Source: a virus (taxonomy: Duplodnaviria > Caudoviricetes). From it: a stretch of DNA of 40,439 nucleotides. Within the stretch, counting starts at the first letter, position 1. Every line of letters starts with the position of its first letter. The notes beneath the pieces are model-generated. The model did no database searches. It worked only from the letters and a program-made list of their open reading frames with translations, and was not told the DNA's origin. The position numbers and the translations under genes are program-made. The DNA lies in the IMG/VR virus record IMGVR_UViG_3300032155_000017, positions 1 through 40,439 of that record. One strand, 5' to 3'. This document shows positions 1 to 7,733 of the stretch, piece by piece.

Positions 1-192
1 ATGACTGAGCACGAGTCCAAGGACAAGGGAATGAACAGGGCCTGGGTGTTTCTTGGCGGCTGCCTGGCCGGTGTCGCTGGCGTGTTCGTGGCGGCCATCG
101 TGTCTGACACCCCGGCAAGCCTGGAAGGCAGCAAGGAGCGCGAAAAGGAAGCGCAACTGGCGCTGCCGGAGGGTGAGGCTGGAGGAAGCTAG
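1..192 (+). CDS. small hypothetical protein with one predicted TM segment
   Basis: 63-aa ORF with hydrophobic stretch AWVFLGGCLAGVAGVFVAAIV; followed by a GC hairpin at ~204-224. Confidence 0.5.
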   Translation: MTEHESKDKGMNRAWVFLGGCLAGVAGVFVAAIVSDTPASLEGSKEREKEAQLALPEGEAGGS

Positions 193-308
193 GACAAACT
201 GCAGGGGGGCTGCGGCCCCCCCCCAAAAAAAAAAGTGCAGGCGGTTCAGCCGCGCACCGTCCGGATTACGTCCACGCGGGCAGCCTGCCATGTCGGGCGC
301 AACCCGTC

Positions 309-344
309 GACTTGAGGGGTGACTTGGGGGCTGACTTGGGGGGC
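309..344 (-). repeat. three tandem 12-bp repeats (GACTTGRGGGnn on +)
   Basis: gacttgaggggt gacttgggggct gacttggggggc; the reverse complement closely matches 40182-40217 in the Fic gene. Confidence 0.7.
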
Positions 345-765
345 GGGTAGCCCCGGTAAACGTGTTTCCGATGGTGGGGTTCGATGCCGTATTTGGAAAG
401 CGATGCGCTTCAAGCCCCCTGGAGGAGTTGGCTGGAGAGGGAATCTGTCGTGGCCGGAGAGGGCGACTGAGGGGAGAAGATGGCGCTGGATGGGGGAGTG
501 GCCGTTCAGTAAAAGAATGTGAGAGGTCGAGCAGGGGAGGGTGCCCTCGCCTCGTGAAGCTCACCGTTTTTCAGAAAAAAAGAAAAAGAAGTGAGTTTTG
601 TCAGGTTTTGTCAGGGGATTCGTGGAAATATTTTTTTGCTTTTTGTGTTTTTGATGCCCGCAGCACATGCACGATACGTGCCCTTTTTGTGGCGACGACA
701 CCGTCGTCCGCCCCTCGGTTTCTGACCAAGACACCGATGTCGATCGGTTCGAGGGGATGCCCAAC

Positions 766-1983
766 TCACTTCTTGAACGGTACGACCTTGCTCTTTGCGG
801 GCTTGGCTGGCTCGGCGTTGATGGCCACGGCGAAGCATTCGTCTATAACCGACGCTGCCCGTTTCATGGCTTCATCCGCGAGGTGCGCATACCGTTGCGT
901 CATCTGCGGACTGCCGTGGGTCAGAAGCTTCTGCAGGGTAAACAGGTCCACCTTGCCGCTGGAAGCCAACCATGAGGCATAGGTGTGGCGCAGGCCGTGC
1001 AGGGGGCGGAAGTCATCGGGGAGCCCAGCCTTCTTGCGGATGCGGCCCAGGAACCGGCGAACCTCCACACGCTTCCCGCCATCCTTTCCGGGGAAGAGGT
1101 AGGGGCTACCCGTGGGCTGGATTGATTGCAGGATGGTCCGGGCTGCCTCGGTCATGGGGATTTGCGTGGTCTTGCCGCTTTTGGCGACGGCACCGCGCAG
1201 GTGGATGTGCCCGTTGCGGAAATCCAGGTCATCCCATTGCAGCCCCAGCAAGGCTCCCCGGCGCATGCCGGTGGCAAGGGCCAGACGCACCATCGCGGCG
1301 AGGTTCTGGTCCTCGTCCTCGTCCAGTGCGTCGAACAAGGCCTTGGCCTGTTCGGGTGTCAGGCATTCGGTCTTGATGTTGTCCACTTTGGGCATGTCGA
1401 AGTGCAGGCGGGAGATGTCCGGCATGGAGCACAGGCCACGCTTTGCCCCGTAGCGAATGAGACGGCGCAGCAGTCCGAGCACATGCTTGACCGTCTGGGG
1501 CGCCTTACCTTCGGCTTCCAGGTCACGCCGCAGGGCATCCACATGCGCCGTCCGGATGTCCTCCGGCGTCTTTTTCGCGAAGCGGGCGAGGATAGGGCGG
1601 ACATTGCGAGCGTCCGGCTTTGCACTGGGGCGGTCACCGTGCGCGGCCTTGTACGTCTCCCAGAGCAGGGTCATGGTGGGCTTCAAGCGATCCGCCTGCC
1701 GGGCATCCTCGGCCTTCTTCCGGCGCTCCTGCAACGTGACCGGTCCGTTGCCCGTTTTCTTGGCAGCGCGGATTTCGGCCAGGGTTTGCCGGGCCTTTTC
1801 CAGGGTCCATCCCTGGCTTGCCCACCCCAGCCCTTCCTCGCGGCTCTCGCCGTCTATCTTGTAGCGCAGGGCAAAGTAGGCGTCCGGCTTTTTCCCGTGC
1901 TTTCGGGTCAGGTGCTCGTACTTGCGTATGCCCCGTTCGACCGTCGTCCACTTCGTCCGATTCTTGCCCGTTTCCTCGCTCAT
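766..1983 (-). CDS. int: tyrosine recombinase / phage-type integrase of a tRNA-targeting island
   Basis: N-terminal arm-binding-like region; catalytic motifs ATGMRRG (R), KSG (K), HGLRH (HxxR), LLTHGS, TQRYAH (Y); ATG at 1983 preceded by GGGAGA; adjacent to the tRNA fragment. Confidence 0.92.
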   Translation of the reverse strand: MSEETGKNRTKWTTVERGIRKYEHLTRKHGKKPDAYFALRYKIDGESREEGLGWASQGWTLEKARQTLAEIRAAKKTGNGPVTLQERRKKAEDARQADRLKPTMTLLWETYKAAHGDRPSAKPDARNVRPILARFAKKTPEDIRTAHVDALRRDLEAEGKAPQTVKHVLGLLRRLIRYGAKRGLCSMPDISRLHFDMPKVDNIKTECLTPEQAKALFDALDEDEDQNLAAMVRLALATGMRRGALLGLQWDDLDFRNGHIHLRGAVAKSGKTTQIPMTEAARTILQSIQPTGSPYLFPGKDGGKRVEVRRFLGRIRKKAGLPDDFRPLHGLRHTYASWLASSGKVDLFTLQKLLTHGSPQMTQRYAHLADEAMKRAASVIDECFAVAINAEPAKPAKSKVVPFKK

Positions 1984-2025
1984 TCTCTCCCACCTTTCTC
2001 CCATTTCTCTCCCACTTCTCTCCCA
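1983..2025. repeat. 11-bp-period direct repeats TTCTCTCCCA, candidate integrase arm-type sites
   Basis: exact copies at 1983-1992, 2005-2014 and 2016-2025, plus TTTCTCCCA at 1995-2003, lying between int and the att core. Confidence 0.6.
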
Positions 2026-2159
2026 CCTTTTCCGGTGATATCGAGTGAAGCGCGATGAAGATCGTGGGCAAAAAATCACCTATTACTATACGAAATGTCA
2101 ATATTTTTTGGTGGAAGAATGAAGGGTGGTGAAGGGGGGTGAAAATGCCATTTTTCAGA

Positions 2160-2204
2160 CTTCTAAGCTCTTGGCCGGGGGTTCGAATCCTCCCGGGCGC
2201 ACCA
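2160..2204 (+). tRNA. 3' fragment of tRNA-Arg(TCT): att-site duplication, not a complete tRNA
   Basis: CTTCTAA anticodon loop, GCTCT, T-arm GGGGG-TTCGAAT-CCTCC, acceptor strand CGGGCGC-A-CCA; no D-arm or 5' acceptor strand upstream. Confidence 0.85.
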
Positions 2205-2210
2205 AAATGA

Positions 2211-2223
2211 AATCAAGTGGTTG
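2211..2223 (+). promoter_or_regulatory. IHF consensus site next to the att core
   Basis: AATCAAGTGGTTG matches WATCAANNNNTTR. Confidence 0.55.
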
Positions 2224-2249
2224 GATGATAGAAAGAGCACGCTCGGCAA

Positions 2250-2284
2250 GGGTTGGAAAAACTTTTCCAACCCTATTTCCAACC
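2250..2284. repeat. palindrome plus direct repeats TTTCCAACC (candidate arm-type sites of a second element)
   Basis: GGGTTGGAAAA-AC-TTTTCCAACCC; TTTCCAACC at 2264-2272 and 2276-2284. Confidence 0.5.
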
Positions 2285-2334
2285 TTGGGGATGTGAATAG
2301 AAATACCCTGGTGGCAGTCCAGGTGAGAGCAGAG

Positions 2335-2366
2335 GGCGCGGGGCTTGGTTCCGCGCCTTTTGTTTT
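2335..2366 (+). terminator. intrinsic terminator
   Basis: GGCGCGG...CCGCGCC stem followed by TTTTGTTTT. Confidence 0.55.
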
Positions 2367-2582
2367 GGGTCGACATGGGCTGATTTCACCCGCCGTTCCT
2401 TCCGCTTGATGGGTATGAACGGTTTTTGTTGGGGCGGGGTGTTGATCTTCGCAAGGGTGGTCACAGCGGTTGGCTCGGCCACAAGGTGCGAAAATCCCCC
2501 CCGGTGGTTTCTCCCCATTTAGGTTGGTTTGGCCTGCCGGGGCGGGGTACGCGGTATTGCGGAGTTCCCCTTGGGTGGAAAA

Positions 2583-2629
2583 TGTACGCGCGCGCGACGT
2601 TTGACACGGCGGCGCAGCCCGCTTGGCAC
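2583..2629 (-). repeat. prophage right end (attR) with two transposase-binding-like motifs
   Basis: reverse complement reads GTGCCAAGCGGGCTGCGC...GTGTCAAACGTCGCGCGCGCGTACA, ending in CA. Confidence 0.7.
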
Positions 2630-2630
2630 T

Positions 2631-2666
2631 AAAAGCCCCCGACGAAAAAACTTCGCCGGGGGCTTT
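2631..2666 (-). terminator. terminator downstream of the methyltransferase (possibly bidirectional)
   Basis: AAAAGCCCCC...GGGGGCTTT inverted repeat with A/T tails. Confidence 0.7.
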
Positions 2667-2708
2667 GTGTTTTGCTCCACGGACAGTGCGTTTCCGTGGT
2701 CAGCACGT

Positions 2709-3461
2709 CTAGGTGGCCAGCGCGTCTTGGTGGGCCGCAGCGATACGGTCGGCAGCGATGCGGTGGTATTCGGGCGATAGCTCGATGCCAAGGAACCGCC
2801 TTCCGGTAGCCATGCAGGCAACGCCGGTGGTGCCACCGCCGGTGAACGGGTCAAGCACCAGTCCGCCGGGCTGCGTCACGGCCAGCAGGTCGCGCAGCAG
2901 GGCCACAGGCTTGCCGGTCAGGTGGGCCTTCTCTGCCGGATTCACGCTATGCCGCAGCACGCCCGGCAGGCATTGGCGCGTGGCCGGGCTGGCCTTGCGT
3001 TTCACCGCGTAGACCAGGAATTCGGCGTCTCGTCGGAATTCCCCCAGCAGGGGCCGGGCGGACGGCTTGTGCCAGACCACCAGCCCGCGCCACAGCCACC
3101 CGGCAGCCTGCACCGCGTCGGTGGTGGACGGCAGTTGCCGCCAGTCCGTGAAGACCAGTAGCGGTGCGCCGTCGCGGGCCATGCGCCAGCATTCGGTCAG
3201 CCATAGTGTGGCCCATGTGGTGAAACTGCGCTGGTCCTTGTTGTCGCCCAGCATGGCGGGGTAACTGCGCTTTGTGCCGCCGGTCTGATACTTGGTCGCC
3301 GGGTCGGCCTGTTTGGTCGTCAGGGTCATCCCGCCGCTGGAATACGGCGGGTCGGTGACCACGGCATCCACGCTTTCGCCGGGCAGTTCCCGAAGCACGG
3401 TCAGGGCGTCGCCCTGGTGGATGGTGGCCACGTTGCCAATGTGTTCAATCGGTCGGTCCAT
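2709..3461 (-). CDS. DNA methyltransferase (N6-adenine/N4-cytosine, beta class) at the mom position
   Basis: motif IV DPPY, HLTGKP, and motif I VLDPFTGGGTTG. Confidence 0.92.
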   Translation of the reverse strand: MDRPIEHIGNVATIHQGDALTVLRELPGESVDAVVTDPPYSSGGMTLTTKQADPATKYQTGGTKRSYPAMLGDNKDQRSFTTWATLWLTECWRMARDGAPLLVFTDWRQLPSTTDAVQAAGWLWRGLVVWHKPSARPLLGEFRRDAEFLVYAVKRKASPATRQCLPGVLRHSVNPAEKAHLTGKPVALLRDLLAVTQPGGLVLDPFTGGGTTGVACMATGRRFLGIELSPEYHRIAADRIAAAHQDALAT

Positions 3462-3630
3462 GCGAGGTCTCTCTTGAGGCTCGCGGGCCTTCCGCGTCGG
3501 GGGTCGTGCCCCTCACGTGGTTCAGCGTCCCGCAGCGCGGGCATTTGATGGTGAGGTCGATGGCCTCTCCCTTGGCCAGCAGGCGGCGGCAGTTGCCGCA
3601 GCGCACTTCCCTTTGCGTGTGTCCTGTCAT
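3445..3630 (-). CDS. com: Com-family zinc-finger translational regulator
   Basis: EVRCGNCRRLLA...IKCPRCGTLN (two CxxC pairs); overlaps the start of the downstream modification gene, as Mu com does with mom. Confidence 0.9.
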   Translation of the reverse strand: MTGHTQREVRCGNCRRLLAKGEAIDLTIKCPRCGTLNHVRGTTPDAEGPRASRETSHGPTD

Positions 3631-3705
3631 GCGTTAGTGGGTGGTCGTGGCCTTGCGGCTCTGCTAACGTTCCCGGCACCCTTGCCCTTCGGGGCAGGGG
3701 GCCAC

Positions 3706-3806
3706 GGAACAGCGGAGCAAACCGGCGGGCGGCTACCCGTCGGGGGCCGTGGTCCGGCGTGCTTGCGCCGGGCCGGTGGGGGCGCGGAAACGCCCCCGCC
3801 TGTTCC
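3706..3806. ncRNA. putative multi-stem structured RNA next to com
   Basis: closing helix GGAACAG(3706-3712)/CTGTTCC(3800-3806) encloses three GC hairpins. Confidence 0.4.
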
Positions 3807-3818
3807 TCTCGGCATCGT

Positions 3819-3867
3819 GCCCGGTCGCGCCTTCCCGTTTGGCGGTGCGCGACCGGGCCTTTTCTTT
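3819..3867 (+). terminator. terminator-like hairpin with U-tract on the + strand
   Basis: GCCCGGTCGCGC...GCGCGACCGGGC followed by CTTTTCTTT. Confidence 0.55.
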
Positions 3868-3917
3868 CCGTCCCTCTTCGATTTTCAGTGAACATGCCCG
3901 GCGCGCGGGCAACCACC

Positions 3918-4481
3918 CTACGTGGGATAGCTGACCATGATGGCCAGCACGGCGGCCACGGGGTCGGCGGTGGCCTGCGCGGCCAGCAGGGCCTGTTCCA
4001 GTTCCACCCGGCGGGCGGTCAGCCGTTCCACCAGATACGCCAGCCCTTCGGGGTCACTGACGGCCATCAGGGCAGAACCAACGGCCACGCCGGTGGCAGT
4101 GGCATCCGCCCCGGCCAGCACGCCCGCGAGGGCCGTGTCATACCCGGCGCGAATCTCGCGCGACTTGGCGGTGCGGGCCTCTTCCAGCGAAGGGTGCGGC
4201 TCCGTCTCGCTCCAGCCGTCCGGCAGCGGCCCCAGCGCGTCCACCACTTGCGGGGTGCCGTCCGCCAGCCAGCCCGCCTTGCCCCGGTGGTCCTCGACGT
4301 ATTCCCAGGCATCTCCCCGCGCGTTCAGGACGCGGGCATGCCCGGCGCGCGCGGGCGGCAGCGGTGCGGCGTCGGTGGCCACGGCATCGGCGGGAAGGGA
4401 CACCCATGGTTCGGGCTTCGTCCAGTCTTCGGTGCGCAGGTACTCGCGCGTGGACCTGTGATAGATATGAATGGTGGGCAT
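3918..4481 (-). CDS. tail fibre assembly protein
   Basis: IYHRSTREYL...WEYVEDHRG...LGPLPDGWS, typical Tfa-like motifs; directly downstream of the fibre gene. Confidence 0.8.
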   Translation of the reverse strand: MPTIHIYHRSTREYLRTEDWTKPEPWVSLPADAVATDAAPLPPARAGHARVLNARGDAWEYVEDHRGKAGWLADGTPQVVDALGPLPDGWSETEPHPSLEEARTAKSREIRAGYDTALAGVLAGADATATGVAVGSALMAVSDPEGLAYLVERLTARRVELEQALLAAQATADPVAAVLAIMVSYPT

Positions 4482-4490
4482 GCGCTGCTC

Positions 4491-5360
4491 CTAGACGTAG
4501 ATAATGAACATGACAGCCGTGTTCTTCATGCGGGTTTCCGTGTCCCCACGGTAGCCGGTGGAGTTGGCCGTGGCCGAGGAAAAGCCGTTGTTGTTCGAGT
4601 CGGTGCCCTGGCAGCCGTTGGAGCCGAGGGAACCCGAGGCGCTGTTGCGGCTCTGCGGGTGGTTGTGCGAGGCGAAGGCGTCGGCCTGATAGCTCAAGAG
4701 CACACGCGCGGCGTCCAGTCCCCGGCCGTTGTCCCATCCGCGCGGCGCGACGCCGCGCATGTCCAGCAGGCGGATGTGGGTTCCCGCCGCATCGCGCACT
4801 CCGGCATCCGTGCAGCGGTAGAACGCCTCGGCCGTGGCGTTGTCCGTCTCGCCAACCCACGCGCGCAGCAGGCGGGGGAAGGTTGCCAGCGACACCACGC
4901 TGCCGTTCAACTCCAGCCCTGCGGGCAAGCCGTCGGAAAGCGTTGGGATGGTCGCCTTGCCCCACATCACGATCTCGCCCGCCCGCATGTCCCGCACGGC
5001 GGCGGTCACGTTGGCCCGCCCCAGCAGTTCCGCCAGTTGTGGCGGCGAGATGTAGCCGTTCCCCACCCCGGCTTCGGCGTCCTCGTCGGTGGCCCGGCGC
5101 ACCAGTCCCGGTGTTTCCGTGGTGGCGTAACCGGGCATCGCGGGCGCGGCGTTGGCGATCAGCGCGGTGATGGCCTCCAGCAACTGGCCGTTGTCGTCCT
5201 TGTCCAGGGCGATGCCCGCCCCGGCGATGACGGCGGCCACCTCTTCCTGCACGGCGTTCAGCCATTCGGCGCTGACTTCCGTGGCGGCGGTGGGGATGGT
5301 GGGGTCGCCTTCGGTAAAGCGGTTGTCCGGCGTGGCGCCGGGGGTGTCTATGCGGTGCAT
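4491..5360 (-). CDS. tail fibre protein (Mu gpS-like N-terminus, collar domain)
   Basis: MHRIDTPGAT...FTEGDP...SAEWLNAVQEE; DMRGVAPRGWDNGRGLD...SYQADAFASHNH...ETRMKN collar motif. Confidence 0.88.
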   Translation of the reverse strand: MHRIDTPGATPDNRFTEGDPTIPTAATEVSAEWLNAVQEEVAAVIAGAGIALDKDDNGQLLEAITALIANAAPAMPGYATTETPGLVRRATDEDAEAGVGNGYISPPQLAELLGRANVTAAVRDMRAGEIVMWGKATIPTLSDGLPAGLELNGSVVSLATFPRLLRAWVGETDNATAEAFYRCTDAGVRDAAGTHIRLLDMRGVAPRGWDNGRGLDAARVLLSYQADAFASHNHPQSRNSASGSLGSNGCQGTDSNNNGFSSATANSTGYRGDTETRMKNTAVMFIIYV

Positions 5361-5403
5361 GGCGGCTCCTGTCCGTTGCTCTCCGTTCCGTAACTATCCA
5401 TAA

Positions 5404-5973
5404 CTATCCGTAGACGAACAGCACCTTGGTGTGCGCCGGGGCAAGCCTGCGCATCACGCATTCCAGAATCTCGTCGCCCCAATGGGCCAGCGGTTCGCCC
5501 GCCGCGCTGCGTCCGGCCCGGAACCGGTGGACGGTCTGCGCGGGCGAGGCCACGGCCCATGCGAATTGCCAGTCGCCGTTAGTCAGGGCGTCACCGGCGC
5601 GCGACCGCCCGGCCCGGAAGGGCTGGTATTCCCGCACCGTCACCGTGTAGCCCAGCATGGCCCCCAGCCGGACGTACCACCCGCGCGAGAGGCCGCCGCG
5701 CTCCTGCACGGCGATGGCCAGCGCGGTGATGCGCTCTTGCAGGGTGCGTTCGGCGCGGGCGCACGGGTCCGGCAGGCCGTAGACGCGCTCCCAATCCTCC
5801 AGCCATTCCGTGGCCCGGAAGGGGTTGATGCCCAGCACCGCCCGCACGGACGCGGCCAGCGCCGCATCCAGCGCCGCGCCCTCTGCGGTGAGGTGCGCGC
5901 CGATGGCCGTGCCGTTGGGGTCGTAGCTGACGGGCGGCAGCAGCGTGCGCAGCAGGGTGGCGTGCCCGCTCAC
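5404..5973 (-). CDS. baseplate protein gp48 / YmfQ (DUF2313)
   Basis: GTG start overlapping the gp47 stop; LLPPVSYDP, WERVYGLPD, PFRAGRSRAGD, PAHT motifs. Confidence 0.85.
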   Translation of the reverse strand: MSGHATLLRTLLPPVSYDPNGTAIGAHLTAEGAALDAALAASVRAVLGINPFRATEWLEDWERVYGLPDPCARAERTLQERITALAIAVQERGGLSRGWYVRLGAMLGYTVTVREYQPFRAGRSRAGDALTNGDWQFAWAVASPAQTVHRFRAGRSAAGEPLAHWGDEILECVMRRLAPAHTKVLFVYG

Positions 5974-7031
5974 ATGGCCTCCACGGTGACGATGCCAAGG
6001 CGCGGCCATTCTATGCGCGCGGCATCCACCACGGCCTGCTCGTTGGCGGCGGGGGCGGCCACCTCGCAGTCGGCCACGCCGGGCAGCCCGGAAATGATGG
6101 CGGCGATGCGCGACCGCACCACCAGCCCGCCCGGCTCCAGCGTCAGGAAGTAGGCGGCCAGGGCGGCCTGCACCTGCGCCGCAAGGGTGGCCAGCAGCAC
6201 GCCGGACAGGCGCACCCGCACCTGCACGTCCACGGACAGCGGCGCGGGCGGCAGCACCAGCGCATCCTTGCAGGCCACCGGGCGCTTGGCGTCGATGCTG
6301 GCCTGCGCGGCGGCCACCAGTTCCGCCGATGGCAGCCCCCCGGCGGACAGCACGGCCACGTCCACGGTGCCGATGCCCCGGCGCAGCGGGTAGACCCACG
6401 CCCCGGTGATGCCCGGCACCTCCATGGCCCAGCGCCGGTAGTCGTAGCGGTTGCCGCCGCCGGGCGGGTTGCGCATGTAGTCCAGCAGGCGGGCCAGCAG
6501 TTCCGCGTCGGTTTCCGCGTCGGTGCCGCCGGTGAGGGTCAGCCGGGCCTCGGCCTGCACGCCCGTGGGCGCGGTGACGAACAGCACCGGCTCGTCCGCG
6601 TAATCGGGCATGGCCCCGGCGCTGGCCGCCGCGCAGGCGATGGTGGCCGTGCCGCCCTCGTTCAGGGTGATGGCCGCCGTGGTGGCAAAGGTGGCCCCGG
6701 TGGCCACGTGGCGCACCGGGGTGGACGCAGGCACTTCCGCCCCGGCGGTGCCGGTGACGGTCAGCGTGCCCGTGGCCGTGGTGGCCGCCTTGCGGGTGAT
6801 GCCGCGCAGGGACGCATGCAGTTCAAGGTAGGCGGTATCCGCCGTGTCCGGCAGAATCTGGCGGGCCATCCACGCCTGATGCTGGTACAGGCCCTCCACC
6901 GCAGAGGCCACGGACGACGCGCGCACGTAGGCGTCGCTGTCCGTGCCGGTGGCGGCGTCGGGCAGCAGGTTCTTCACGTCGCGCAGCAGGGCCGCGCGTA
7001 TCTGCTCGAAGGTGGGGATGGTGAAAGACAT
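5970..7031 (-). CDS. baseplate wedge protein gp47 / J-like
   Basis: QILPDTAD, GGTDAETDAELLARLL, GGNRYDYRRWA, GTVDV motifs. Confidence 0.9.
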   Translation of the reverse strand: MSFTIPTFEQIRAALLRDVKNLLPDAATGTDSDAYVRASSVASAVEGLYQHQAWMARQILPDTADTAYLELHASLRGITRKAATTATGTLTVTGTAGAEVPASTPVRHVATGATFATTAAITLNEGGTATIACAAASAGAMPDYADEPVLFVTAPTGVQAEARLTLTGGTDAETDAELLARLLDYMRNPPGGGNRYDYRRWAMEVPGITGAWVYPLRRGIGTVDVAVLSAGGLPSAELVAAAQASIDAKRPVACKDALVLPPAPLSVDVQVRVRLSGVLLATLAAQVQAALAAYFLTLEPGGLVVRSRIAAIISGLPGVADCEVAAPAANEQAVVDAARIEWPRLGIVTVEAM

Positions 7032-7040
7032 GGCCGCCCC

Positions 7041-7412
7041 CTACGCCACCTGAATAGGATGGGTGTACATTTCGTGGCGGCCCGCCGCGTCGGTGACTTG
7101 CACATGCAGCAGGCAGCGCCCGCCGCCGGAATCGTCCCGGCCCAGCCCGCTGACGGTAACGCTGACGGCGCGGGCGCGCCCGTCCGTCACCAGCGGTTGC
7201 AGGGCCTGTTCGGCGTACTGGACGGCCAGACGCTGCACCCGAGCCACGTCCTTTTCCCGCTCCAACTCGTGCAGGCGCGACCCCACGGAAGGGGCCGCCC
7301 ACCACGTGCCAAGGGGCGTCATCAGGCGCAGGTAGACGGCATTTGCTAGACTGGAAATGCGCTCGCCGGTATAGTCGCCCGTAAGTGTATCAAGTGCGGC
7401 ATCGGTACCCAT
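7041..7412 (-). CDS. baseplate protein gp46
   Basis: NAVYLRLMTPLGTWWA...GSRLHEL...YAEQALQPL, typical of GP46. Confidence 0.85.
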   Translation of the reverse strand: MGTDAALDTLTGDYTGERISSLANAVYLRLMTPLGTWWAAPSVGSRLHELEREKDVARVQRLAVQYAEQALQPLVTDGRARAVSVTVSGLGRDDSGGGRCLLHVQVTDAAGRHEMYTHPIQVA

Positions 7413-7463
7413 GCCGCCACTCTAGTGGCGGCTGGGATGGAAGACAGGGGGAAGGGGTTCAGT
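7413..7463 (-). promoter_or_regulatory. late-promoter-like element (copy 1)
   Basis: minus strand ACTGAACCCCTTCCCCCTGTC, 18 nt, TAGAGT within hairpin GCCGCCACT/AGTGGCGGC, 6 nt, then ATG of gp46. Confidence 0.7.
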
Positions 7464-7733
7464 CGGATATGCACAATCGATGATTCGGCGCTGTGCATCC
7501 ATGTTTCCCAAGGAAGCGATATTGCAAATGTGCCATCTATTTCCTCAAAGAAATTCTATTTAGATAACAGTAGTTAAACCGTCACCAGATTCGGTTTGAC
7601 GCGACTCGGAACGCTATGCCTTGTCAGAAGAAGACAGAAGAACGAGGTCGCTAAGGCAACTTCGACTTCAGGGTGGAACTGTCCAAGAAAACCTAGTCCG
7701 CTACAATTTTGATATAAAAGAGAGGGTTCCTTT

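Noticed and set aside
561-764. 67-aa ORF after the integrase
   Set aside because: TTG start, low-complexity A/T tracts and no recognisable motif; more likely a regulatory region (contains TTTTGTCAGG twice)
766-1983. Integrase as the prophage's integration enzyme
   Set aside because: It lies outside the Mu-like end at 2583 and beyond the att core; the prophage encodes MuA/MuB
2160-2204. Functional tRNA-Arg gene
   Set aside because: Only the 3' half is present; there is no D-arm, 5' acceptor strand or matching 5' anticodon stem, so it is treated as an att duplication
2483-2492. AAGGTGCGAA shared with 39300-39309 as an alternative terminal duplication
   Set aside because: A 10-bp duplication does not fit Mu-type transposition and it is not adjacent to the end motifs; probably chance
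3918-5360. Gin-type invertible fibre segment or diversity-generating retroelement
   Set aside because: No serine invertase, reverse transcriptase, second fibre allele or template/variable repeat pair seen
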